Shown: positions 8,929 to 18,890 of the stretch, piece after piece
Layout: every line of letters begins with the position of its first letter
Position numbering within the stretch: position 1 is the stretch's first letter
Notes under the pieces: generated by a model
Seen by the model: the letters and a program-made list of their open reading frames with translations, nothing else
What the model was told of the DNA's origin: nothing
The model's database searches: none
Assembly (NCBI GenBank): GCA_964022665.1
Contig: CAXIDF010000002.1
Span: 207,797-271,796 of the forward strand
Direction: 5' to 3'
Origin: an uncultured Halieaceae bacterium
GTDB lineage: Bacteria > Pseudomonadota > Gammaproteobacteria > Pseudomonadales > Halieaceae
DNA length: 64,000 nucleotides
Position numbers and translations under genes: made by a program

Positions 8929-10769
8929 TCAGGGCGCCACACAACCCACGCAGCGCATGTACCGATGCGTGGGGTCATTGAGCTCGGTGAGTGTGCGCGC
9001 CGCCGTTGCCACGGGCTGCAATAACTGCTGTAACCCCGTATCCATGAAGGGCAAGCTGCCCGACATACCGACCCGAGAGGCGAGCTGTCGCAGCAGCATG
9101 TCGCGGGGTGACAGGGGTTGTTGCACGTACTCTACCGCGTGGTTGCTGCGGTCCAGGCCGCCGAGCTCCGCCGCTGCCGCGACCGCCTCGCGCAGTGAAC
9201 CGAGTTCATCAATCAGGCCCAACGCCTGGGCATCGGGTGCACTCCACACCCGGCCACCGGCCGCAGCCTGCACGGCCTCCTCGGTCAAACCACGGCCATT
9301 GGCGACAATGCCCAGAAACTCCCGGTAGGTGAAATTCACCCCCGTCGCCAGCGTTGCCGCCACCTGCGGATCCAGCGGACGATCCAGGCGCAGCGACCCC
9401 GCCAGCTCAGTGGTGCCTACACCATCGGTACTGACCCCGAGGCGATCCAGTAGACGTTCGAAGGTCGGAAAAGCAGCGAAGACGCCGATACTGCCGGTGA
9501 TGGTGGTGGGCGTCGCCCAGATCTCATCCGCCTCCGCCGCGATATAGTAGCCGCCCGATGCCGCGATGGCGCCCATGGAGATCACCACCGGCATGCCGGC
9601 TTCGCGAATGCGCCCGATGGCCTGCCGAATACGCTCGGCGGCCAGCACGCTGCCGCCGCCGGTATTCACCCGGATCACCAGGGCCTTCACCCCCGGCTGT
9701 TCGGCAGTCTGGCGCAGCAAGCGCGCCAGGGAGTCGCCACCGATGGTACCAGGGGGCTGTTCACCGGTCATGATATTGCCCTCGGCAGTCACCACGGCTA
9801 CGCGGTCCTCCATGATGGGCGTCAGCCCCATAGGGCGCTTGCTGTTGATATAAGACTCAAAGAAAACGGCCTCATAAAAGCCTTCTTCATTCGCCGCACC
9901 CACCTGCTCCACCAGGTAATCGTTGGCGTCTGGCCGCGACAGCAAGGTGTCAACCAGGCCCTGCTCCTGCGCCACACGTGCCGCATCACCGCCCGCCGCC
10001 GCCATACGCTCGGCGTAACGGTTGATATAACGCTCGATACTCCCGGCCGGGAGGTTGCGCCGGGACTCCACTACGCCGACATATTCCCCCCACAGGTCCT
10101 GCAACCAGGCCGATGTGATGACTTTCTCTGCCGGCGACATGTCGTCGCGAAGGAAGGGCTCGGCCATCGACTTGTGCTCGCCGGCATGAAACACATGCAT
10201 GGAGACCAGGGCTTTATCCAGTGCCTCACGGAAGTGATTGCGGTAGCTGGCGAACCCCTCCAGCGGCACCGCGCCCATGGGGTGGAGAATCACCTCATCT
10301 GCCTGGCTGGCCAGCAGATACTGGTCTTGCGTGAAATAGTCCCCGAGGGCGATCACCGGCTTGCCGCTGGCCTTGAACGCATCGATCGCCGCCGAAATCT
10401 CCATACTCTTGCTGATACCTGCCGACACCAGGAAGTCGAGCTCCATGACGAGCGCAGTGATGGCTGGGTCCTGTGCCGCCTCGCGTACCGCATCCAGCAC
10501 ATCGCGCAGCGCGATCTCGCGATCCGCCGGAGAGGGCTCGCCGGCAAGTGCCTGCAGCGGATTCACGTCCGATTTTTCTTCCACCAGCGTGCCACTCAGG
10601 TTCAGCAGCAGAGCGGCTTTTTCCGGCTGGGGCGGTGGCCCGCCGCTGAAATACAGCGCATAAATGAGCACAAGAAAAGCCAGAAACAGCAGGTTCGACA
10701 GGGCCAGACGAAACCAGGTCAACCCACGCCAGAGGGCGGAGAAGAAGCGGCGTATCGGCGAAGGGCGGC

Positions 10770-10773
<4 letters not shown>
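8929..10773 (-). CDS. sppA: Signal peptide peptidase SppA, 67K type
   Basis: Duplicated S49 peptidase domains, the second containing MGAIAASGGYYIA. N-terminal membrane anchor. I prefer the ATG at 10773 (MSRPSPIRRFF...), which forms an ATGA overlap with the upstream stop, over the track start at 10815. Confidence 0.85.
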
Positions 10774-12126
<1,353 letters not shown>

Positions 12127-12257
12127 GGAAAACTCCCCACAGAAAACGGCATATATTATAGCAAAAGGAATGCGTGCGGCGCCGCCATCCAATCATGGCA
12201 TACTGCGTCCGCCCGCTATGAACCCGCGCCATAAACGACGAGAGGAGTGCAACACCC

Positions 12258-12698
12258 GTGAGAACCGCCTGCCTGACCCTGCTACTGCTGACGCTGGCAG
12301 CGTGCCAGCCATCCGCACCCCAGAGCAATGCCGACCTCCTGCGCGATCTTCGCGGCCAGTGGGTTGTGATCAACTACTGGGCCGAGTGGTGCAAACCCTG
12401 TATCAAGGAAATACCGGAACTGAACGCGCTGGACAGTGACTACGACGCAATCACCGTGCTGGGCGTAAATTATGATGGCGCCACTGGCGAAGACCTGCAA
12501 ACACAACTGGAGACACTGCAGGTCGGTTTCAGAACACTGGCAGAGGACCCGGCGGCAATGCTCGGCCTCAATCGGCCCACGGTACTGCCCACCACGCTGA
12601 TCATCAATCCCGAGGGGGAACTGCTGGATACCCTGATCGGGCCACAAACGCTGAAGTCACTGCTTGCGGCGACGGTGCATGCACAGGGAGCAGACTGA
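12258..12698 (+). CDS. TlpA-like thiol:disulfide oxidoreductase lipoprotein
   Basis: Lipobox LLTLAAC. Thioredoxin active site WCKPC. GTG start with an AGAGGAG RBS. Confidence 0.75.
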   Translation: MRTACLTLLLLTLAACQPSAPQSNADLLRDLRGQWVVINYWAEWCKPCIKEIPELNALDSDYDAITVLGVNYDGATGEDLQTQLETLQVGFRTLAEDPAAMLGLNRPTVLPTTLIINPEGELLDTLIGPQTLKSLLAATVHAQGAD

Positions 12699-12716
12699 GC
12701 GGCTCCGACGGGAAAG

Positions 12717-12744
12717 CGGGTCGGCGCTACGGCGCACCGACCCG
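12717..12744. terminator. GC-rich hairpin between the convergent tlpA-like and sat genes
   Basis: CGGGTCGGCGC-TACG-GCGC(A)CCGACCCG, with one bulged base. No strong U-tract on either side. Confidence 0.4.
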
Positions 12745-12751
12745 GCAAGGC

Positions 12752-13933
12752 TTACAGGCTCTGGTAGTAGTCCATAAGGATTTTCGCCACTTCCGGACGC
12801 GAGAACTCGGGCGGTGGCGCAATGCCGTTACCCAGCATTTCACGCACCTTGGTGCCTGACAGCAGCACGAAGTCCTCCGGACTGTGGTCGGGCGCATCAC
12901 GCATCATCACCACCCGGTCCAGTTTCTTGCTGTAGGCCGTGTGATCCGCACGGTAGATCTCCAGCTGCAGCGCGCCAGCGGGCACTTCTTCATCAAAAAT
13001 GGTCTGCGCGTCGAAACCGCCGTAGTAGTCACCCACCCCGGCGTGGTCACGGCCGACGATCAGGTGTGTGCAACCGCAGTTCTGGCGGAAGACTGCGTGC
13101 AATACTGCCTCGCGTGGCCCCGCGTAGAGCATGTCAAAGCCGTAGCCTGTCACCATCACCGTATTGGGTGGGAAATACACATCGACCATTTTGCGAATGG
13201 AGGCGTCGCGCACGTCCGCAGGAATATCGCCCGGCTTCAGCTTGCCCAACAGCATGTGAATGAGGATGCCGTCCGCATCCAGGTCTTCCATGGCCATGCG
13301 ACAGAGCTCTTCGTGAGCACGGTGCATGGGATTGCGGGTCTGGAAGGCCACCACCTTGTTCCAGCCGCGCGAGGCAATTTCCGCGCGAATATCGACCGCG
13401 GTGCGGAACGTGTCAGGAAACTCGCCGGGGAAGTAAGAGAAGTTGAGCACCTCAATCGGCCCGGAAAGCAGCGTGCGCCCCAGGGACTTGAAGGTGGCAA
13501 CGCCCGGGTGTGAAGGATCCAGCGTACGGAACACCTTCTCGGCGATAAAATCGATCTGCTCATCCGCGACATGCTCGGCCGCCTCCACCTGCATCACCGC
13601 CAGCACCGGGTGGCCATCCACGTTGGGGTCGCGCAGGGCGATGCGACTGCCGGACTGAATGTCGGTAGCCTCTGTCAGGTTGACGATAGGTACAGGCCAG
13701 AACAGACCCTCAGACGTCTGTAGCTTCTCCGCTACGCTCATGCTATCGGCCAGGTTCATATAACCCGTCAACGGGTTGAAATAGCCGGCGCCGAGCATGA
13801 CGGCGTTCGCGGCCGCAGCGGAGTTCAGCAGCAACGACGGCAGTTGCTCGGCCTCCTTGAGCAGCGCCTCGCGAGGGGCGTCATCGGCAACGTATAAGGC
13901 TTGCAGCTCGTCTGAGCCGTGTGGCTTGATCAT
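12752..13933 (-). CDS. sat: Sulfate adenylyltransferase (homo-oligomeric ATP sulfurylase, Sat type)
   Basis: QTRNPMHRAHEEL and GRDHAGVG signature motifs. 393 aa. Confidence 0.9.
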   Translation of the reverse strand: MIKPHGSDELQALYVADDAPREALLKEAEQLPSLLLNSAAAANAVMLGAGYFNPLTGYMNLADSMSVAEKLQTSEGLFWPVPIVNLTEATDIQSGSRIALRDPNVDGHPVLAVMQVEAAEHVADEQIDFIAEKVFRTLDPSHPGVATFKSLGRTLLSGPIEVLNFSYFPGEFPDTFRTAVDIRAEIASRGWNKVVAFQTRNPMHRAHEELCRMAMEDLDADGILIHMLLGKLKPGDIPADVRDASIRKMVDVYFPPNTVMVTGYGFDMLYAGPREAVLHAVFRQNCGCTHLIVGRDHAGVGDYYGGFDAQTIFDEEVPAGALQLEIYRADHTAYSKKLDRVVMMRDAPDHSPEDFVLLSGTKVREMLGNGIAPPPEFSRPEVAKILMDYYQSL

Positions 13934-13957
13934 GATTGTCTCCGTTCGGGGTAAAGG

Positions 13958-14575
13958 TCAGGACTTGATGATGCCGCGCTCGCGCAGCAGGGCAATGATG
14001 GCATCCACCTCTTCAGCCAGCGTCTGCTGGTCCGAGTGCAGGTGCACCTCCGGCTTGAACGGGGCCTCGTAGGGGTCATCAATGCCTGTGAAGTTCTTGA
14101 TTTCACCGGCGCGCGCTTTCTTGTACAGGCCCTTGGGATCGCGGGCTTCAGCCGCTTCCAGGGAGCAGTCGACGTGGATTTCAATAAAATCCATGCCCGC
14201 CGCCTCGTGCAGTTCACGCACCTGATTGCGATCGCTGGCATAGGGGCTGATAAAGCTGCTCAGGGTAAGGATACCGCAATCCACAAACAGCTTGGAGATT
14301 TCCCCGATGCGACGGATGTTTTCCGTGCGGTCGTCAGCGCTGAAACCGAGGTTGCGGTTGATACCCAGACGCACGTTATCGCCGTCCAGACGATAAGCGA
14401 GTACGCCCATCTCGTTCAGGCGACCTTCCAGCTCGACCGCCACCGTGCTTTTGCCACTGCCGGACAGACCGGTAAACCAGAGGGTTGCCCCCTTGTGGCC
14501 CAACAGCTTCTCCCGGTGCTCACGGGTGATGTCACCCTCGTGCCAGTGGACGTTTGTCGCTTTTTGCTCTGCCAT
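13958..14575 (-). CDS. cysC: Adenylyl-sulfate (APS) kinase
   Basis: P-loop GLSGSGKST. LDGDNVR and FISPY motifs. RBS AGAGGGAG. Confidence 0.9.
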   Translation of the reverse strand: MAEQKATNVHWHEGDITREHREKLLGHKGATLWFTGLSGSGKSTVAVELEGRLNEMGVLAYRLDGDNVRLGINRNLGFSADDRTENIRRIGEISKLFVDCGILTLSSFISPYASDRNQVRELHEAAGMDFIEIHVDCSLEAAEARDPKGLYKKARAGEIKNFTGIDDPYEAPFKPEVHLHSDQQTLAEEVDAIIALLRERGIIKS

Positions 14576-14632
14576 GTGCTCCCTCTCGTGCAGTGATGCA
14601 GGTTGTTCGCCGCTCGCCCGGCGAAGGTGGTG

Positions 14633-15808
14633 TTACTTCAGGATAAAGGCTTCGCGATAGCCCTTGAATTGTTCCTTGAGTCCTTCCTCGGTGAGGCCGA
14701 ACTGGTCCAGGGTATAGGCGTGGGCCGGGCGCAATTCACGTCGATTGGAATCCTGCCAGCGCGCCATTTCCACACTCGCCTGGGGCGTCAGGTCCATACC
14801 GAGGAAATCATAGACGCGACCAATCTCCACCAGCGGCTGGCTTACCGTATCCTTGAACCAGAGGTCGAGGAAGCGTTCGGGGCCGAGCTCGCGGCGCACG
14901 TCGATCGTATGCTGCATGCCCTTGGCAAACTTGCGCGCCCACTGCCGACCCACTTCCGTGGGATCGGCGGAGTCGGAATAGACCTTCCACACGTTGGCAA
15001 TCATGCTGGCCAGCGAGGGAATGGTCTCGACCGGATCGCGGTGCGATTGTACCACGCGGGCGTCCGGGAAGATGCGAAACACGAGGTCCATGTAGTGCAG
15101 GTGATGCGGCGCCTTCAACGCCCAGCGTTCACCGCTCTGGCCACTGCGCTTCTTCTGCCACTGCAGGAATTGCAGCAGCAACTTCAGGTATTCGTAGCCG
15201 ATGGTGTGGTCCTGCGCTTCAATCCAGGCATCAAAACTTGGCACATGCGCCAGCGCCTGGATATTGAAACTGTAGAAGGACTGTTCCAGCAACATGATGT
15301 CCTCGTCCGGCTCCATCGCATCCAGCGGATGCACGGCGAGCAGGTCGGGGTTGCTGTCGACCATCATTTTCACTTCGGCCTTGGCATCACGTATGCGACG
15401 ATCGCCAGCGGCCGTGAAGTCCCAGTCGAGGTCCGGGCAGGGAAAGCGTGTTTCGTACCACAGGGGGGCGTACATGCGAACGTCCGCCGCAATCGTGCGA
15501 TGCAGCATGGTAGTGCCAGTGCGTGGCAAGCCGACAATCACCAGGGGAGCAACAATCTCTTCATCGCGAATTTCCGGGTGGCGACGCAGCCACTCCTGCA
15601 CGCGCAGCCGGGTGGAAAGAATATCCAGCAGCCGTTGTGCCATTGCCGGGCGCCCGATGGCGTTCAGGTCTGCCTCGTTCACCAGTGACCAGACCAGCCG
15701 CTCCAATGGTTCGCGATAACTGTCATCGCCGAAATCCTCGAGCCCATCTACCGCTTTCGCGGCGGCAACCAGTGCATCGGCATCCAGCGCCAGCTCACTT
15801 GTGGTCAT
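14633..15808 (-). CDS. PAPS-dependent sulfotransferase family protein
   Basis: 5'-phosphosulfate binding loop GLPRTGTTMLH. 3'-phosphate binding region SHRDPVETIPS. I prefer the ATG at 15808 (MTTSELAL...), preceded by AGGAG, over the track start at 15841. It overlaps the upstream gene end by 14 nt. Confidence 0.75.
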   Translation of the reverse strand: MTTSELALDADALVAAAKAVDGLEDFGDDSYREPLERLVWSLVNEADLNAIGRPAMAQRLLDILSTRLRVQEWLRRHPEIRDEEIVAPLVIVGLPRTGTTMLHRTIAADVRMYAPLWYETRFPCPDLDWDFTAAGDRRIRDAKAEVKMMVDSNPDLLAVHPLDAMEPDEDIMLLEQSFYSFNIQALAHVPSFDAWIEAQDHTIGYEYLKLLLQFLQWQKKRSGQSGERWALKAPHHLHYMDLVFRIFPDARVVQSHRDPVETIPSLASMIANVWKVYSDSADPTEVGRQWARKFAKGMQHTIDVRRELGPERFLDLWFKDTVSQPLVEIGRVYDFLGMDLTPQASVEMARWQDSNRRELRPAHAYTLDQFGLTEEGLKEQFKGYREAFILK

Positions 15809-16919
15809 TGAGTTCTCCTGCCTTGAGTGTGTCCAGCGCAACTACGCGTGTGCGCACCGGAGGATGATCGGAGGCTTCCACATAGCGCAGCAGCATGCTG
15901 CCGCAACGGTGGCCAGCGGTACTCAGCCAGTTGGGGAAGGCACTGCCGGGGTTTTCGCTGGCCACGACGATGCGCACGCTGCCATCCGCCTCGTAGCGCG
16001 CACCACTGCGGTTGATGTGAATGCGCTGGAAGCGGTAATCCAGCGACTCCATCCAGAAATTGGATAACTGAAAGTTCCATGTGCGGCAGTCACTGGGCGG
16101 CGTGAACTCGATCACCAGTGCCTCGTCCGGTGCGAGTTGCCAGTAACTGTTGTGGTAGAAAATGGCCGGGTCGCCGCCGGCACGCAGGCACATCTGCTGA
16201 TCGTTGGGCGGCAGTTCGTTGATGTGCTCGGCAAAGCCCAGCATCCAGTTGCGGAACAGCCCGGCCGTGCCGTTGACGAAGGGCACCACACGCTGCAACT
16301 GGCTGGCGAACTCTACGGGGTCAAGTACCGGCGCAACCTGCTGATCCAGGCATTCAATACGCAACTCGAGCTTGGGCTCCCGCGCGCGATCGCGAAAAGT
16401 CTGACGCACCAGGATATTGTCTGACGCCTCGGTCATGGGCAGCCAGTTTCCCGGTTGCGGCGTGGCGCTGACCAGCAGCTCAAACTCGCCATTGGGGCCC
16501 AATTCCAGATCATCCAGGGTGACATGCCCGGTGGGCGCCATATCACCCTGCCCGGCGAAGGAGCCGGCCTTGGTTTCCATGCTCAGGTATTCCACCTGGC
16601 CCGCGTTACCGGTAATACGATAGCTGCGCTGCCCATCCACCGCACAGTTCTGGTAGAAGTTGTCGGGATTGTCATTGCCGATCTTGGCGGTTTCGTGAGA
16701 CAGGGAATAGAACTGGGGGCACGCTGGATCGTTGAACTCCAGGTGTTTCTCCAGGCTCAGGCGCAGCAGGCGCGTCAGGTAGCGGTAACCCTCAGCCCGG
16801 CTGAGATCATCCTCGGGTACGCCAGCGGCGAGAATTTCCTTGCCGGCACTTTTCAGGCCTTCACAGAATTCATCCCACAACTGGCCACTGCGCAATGCTT
16901 CGAGTTCGGACGTCGACAT
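15795..16919 (-). CDS. Conserved protein of unknown function (DUF1214-like)
   Basis: The N-terminal pattern WDEFCEGLKSAG...RAEGYRYLTRLLRLSLE...GNDNPDNFY matches my memory of DUF1214-domain proteins; this is unverified. ATG at 16919 with a GGGAGG RBS. Confidence 0.5.
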   Translation of the reverse strand: MSTSELEALRSGQLWDEFCEGLKSAGKEILAAGVPEDDLSRAEGYRYLTRLLRLSLEKHLEFNDPACPQFYSLSHETAKIGNDNPDNFYQNCAVDGQRSYRITGNAGQVEYLSMETKAGSFAGQGDMAPTGHVTLDDLELGPNGEFELLVSATPQPGNWLPMTEASDNILVRQTFRDRAREPKLELRIECLDQQVAPVLDPVEFASQLQRVVPFVNGTAGLFRNWMLGFAEHINELPPNDQQMCLRAGGDPAIFYHNSYWQLAPDEALVIEFTPPSDCRTWNFQLSNFWMESLDYRFQRIHINRSGARYEADGSVRIVVASENPGSAFPNWLSTAGHRCGSMLLRYVEASDHPPVRTRVVALDTLKAGELNDHK

Positions 16920-17013
16920 AATCAGCCTCCCCGGGGGCAACCATACTTATTATCGGAACGTGGCAGTGTGCAGCTTTTTGCGCCCGAGCGCATCACCCTG
17001 AAGGGTGACCCGT

Positions 17014-17190
17014 CTACCAGTACTGGCTGGCGAGAGACAGCAGTAACATCAACCCCACCAGCGGCAAGAGCCAGCGCTGCAGGCGCCGCACCCGCTCCGC
17101 CGGCATGGGCCGGGCAAAACGTTCACCCAGCACTACCATAAGCGCGACGGCGCTGAACACCAGCACCAACAGCAGCAACAATTGCGTCAC
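17014..17190 (-). CDS. Candidate small membrane protein (58 aa, GTG start), absent from the ORF track
   Basis: My translation is (M)TQLLLLLVLVFSAVALMVVLGERFARPMPAERVRRLQRWLLPLVGLMLLLSLASQYW*. That is two hydrophobic helices joined by a basic loop. It fills the otherwise unexplained 275-nt gap inside the operon. A G-rich stretch lies upstream of the GTG. Confidence 0.3.
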   Translation of the reverse strand: MTQLLLLLVLVFSAVALMVVLGERFARPMPAERVRRLQRWLLPLVGLMLLLSLASQYW

Positions 17191-17215
17191 CCGCCGCCCC
17201 CTGCCCCGCCAGCTT

Positions 17216-18148
17216 TCAGGCGCCAGACTTGAGCAAATGTGGCGAGAGTGCTGCGACCATGTTGCGCACCCCTTCGCGCCAGTCCACGCGGGTCGGACCG
17301 ATCAAGTCATGCATACGGGTGGTGTCGATCGCCAGGCTGCCGAAGGCGGTGGGGCTGTCGCGAAACTCGGGCTCCAGCCCGGTCAGCTCGGTCAGCCAGG
17401 CACACCAGTCCTCGATGCTGACGGCCTGCGAGCCGCCAAAGTTCACGGTGGTCACCTCGTTGCTCGCAGCACCGAGCAGTAGCGGCAGCTTTTCGATGTA
17501 ATCATCCGTATGCAGGAGGTTGTACAGATTTGGGCGTTCGGGATGCACGTCAATGGGAACGCCCTGCTCCATCATCAACAAGTGGTACCAGGGCCAGCCG
17601 CCGTTGTTGCCGTAGGGTACGCTGAGTCGGGCGATCGTTGCCGGAATGCCGAACTGGTGGGCCACGAAACGGCACACGGTTTCCGCAGCGATCTTGCTGA
17701 TGCTGTAGGTCGGGAACATGGAGCGGTGGTTGTCGCCCAGCGGCGCGTCCTCGGCCCGCGGTGCATGGCCGGCGTACTCATACACTGCAGTTGACGACAG
17801 GTGCAGGAAGGCCTTGACGCTGCGGCAGTGCAGCATCAGCCGCCCCAACCCCTCGGCATTCGCGGCCAGGTCGTAATCAAAACTGTCGGTTTTCACCACG
17901 GCAAAGTTCAACACGTAATCGAAGTCGTCGGCCAGGCCGTTCAGCGCCGTGGGGTCTGCGAGGTCGGCCGCCACGCAGCGAACCCCCTTTTCCTCCAGCG
18001 CGCTGCGCTGCGCGGGATCACTGAAGCGTGCCAGCGCGGTCAGTTCCGCTTGCCCGGCCCAGGCGTCAATGACCGGTGCCGCCACCTGCCCGGTAGGGCC
18101 CGTGATAAGGATTTTACTGCCGGCGATATTTACTGGCTGGGCTGTCAT
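17216..18148 (-). CDS. NAD-dependent epimerase/dehydratase (extended SDR)
   Basis: Rossmann motif ILITGPTGQVA. Catalytic YSISK (YxxxK). AGGAGG RBS. Confidence 0.8.
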   Translation of the reverse strand: MTAQPVNIAGSKILITGPTGQVAAPVIDAWAGQAELTALARFSDPAQRSALEEKGVRCVAADLADPTALNGLADDFDYVLNFAVVKTDSFDYDLAANAEGLGRLMLHCRSVKAFLHLSSTAVYEYAGHAPRAEDAPLGDNHRSMFPTYSISKIAAETVCRFVAHQFGIPATIARLSVPYGNNGGWPWYHLLMMEQGVPIDVHPERPNLYNLLHTDDYIEKLPLLLGAASNEVTTVNFGGSQAVSIEDWCAWLTELTGLEPEFRDSPTAFGSLAIDTTRMHDLIGPTRVDWREGVRNMVAALSPHLLKSGA

Positions 18149-18221
18149 GGCTTACCTCCTGTGGATGCTCAGGGCGCAGTCTAGCCTGCCGGAGCCCCCT
18201 ACGGCTCACCCGTTCGGGGGA

Positions 18222-18875
18222 TCAAAAGTCCTCGCGGTCCGGCAGTACACGGTACACTTCGGATATCTGTTCAGGGCCGGTCACCGTGCATTGTAGATCC
18301 TGGATGAGACCGTCCTTGAGGCTGTACACCCAACCGTGTACCGACAGCGCCTGATTGCGCGCCCACGCGTTCTGCACAATGGTGGTATGGCACACATTCG
18401 ACACCTGGCTGATGACGTTGAGCTCACAGAGAAGGTTCACCCGCTCTTCGTCGCTCTCGAGTGCGGCAATGCGTCGACGGTGGCGTTGCTGAACATCCTT
18501 GATGTTGCGCAGCCAGTTGTCGATAAGGCCGTTGTCGCGATTCTCGAATGCGGCGCGCACGCCGCCACAATTGTAGTGCCCCACCACCAGAACGTGTTTT
18601 ACCCGCAACACATCCACGGCGTACTGCAACACGGTCAGGCAATTGAAGTCAGTATGCACGACCATGTTGGCGACGTTGCGATGAACAAACACCTCGCCTG
18701 GCAGGAGGCCGACAATCTGGTTGGCCGGCACGCGGCTGTCCGAGCAGCCAATCCACAGATACTCCGGGCTTTGCTGGTTCGCCAGCTTCTCGAAGAAATC
18801 GGGATCAGAGGTTTTTACGGACTGCGCCCAGGCACGGTTGTTGTCAAAAAGGTCGTCGATACTCCTCAAGGGCAC
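18222..18875 (-). CDS. can: Beta-class carbonic anhydrase
   Basis: Zinc-ligand motifs CSDSRVP and GHYNCGG. GTG start with a GGAGA RBS, 15 nt after the upstream stop. Confidence 0.85.
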   Translation of the reverse strand: MPLRSIDDLFDNNRAWAQSVKTSDPDFFEKLANQQSPEYLWIGCSDSRVPANQIVGLLPGEVFVHRNVANMVVHTDFNCLTVLQYAVDVLRVKHVLVVGHYNCGGVRAAFENRDNGLIDNWLRNIKDVQQRHRRRIAALESDEERVNLLCELNVISQVSNVCHTTIVQNAWARNQALSVHGWVYSLKDGLIQDLQCTVTGPEQISEVYRVLPDREDF

Positions 18876-18890
18876 AGCCTGTCTCCAAGG

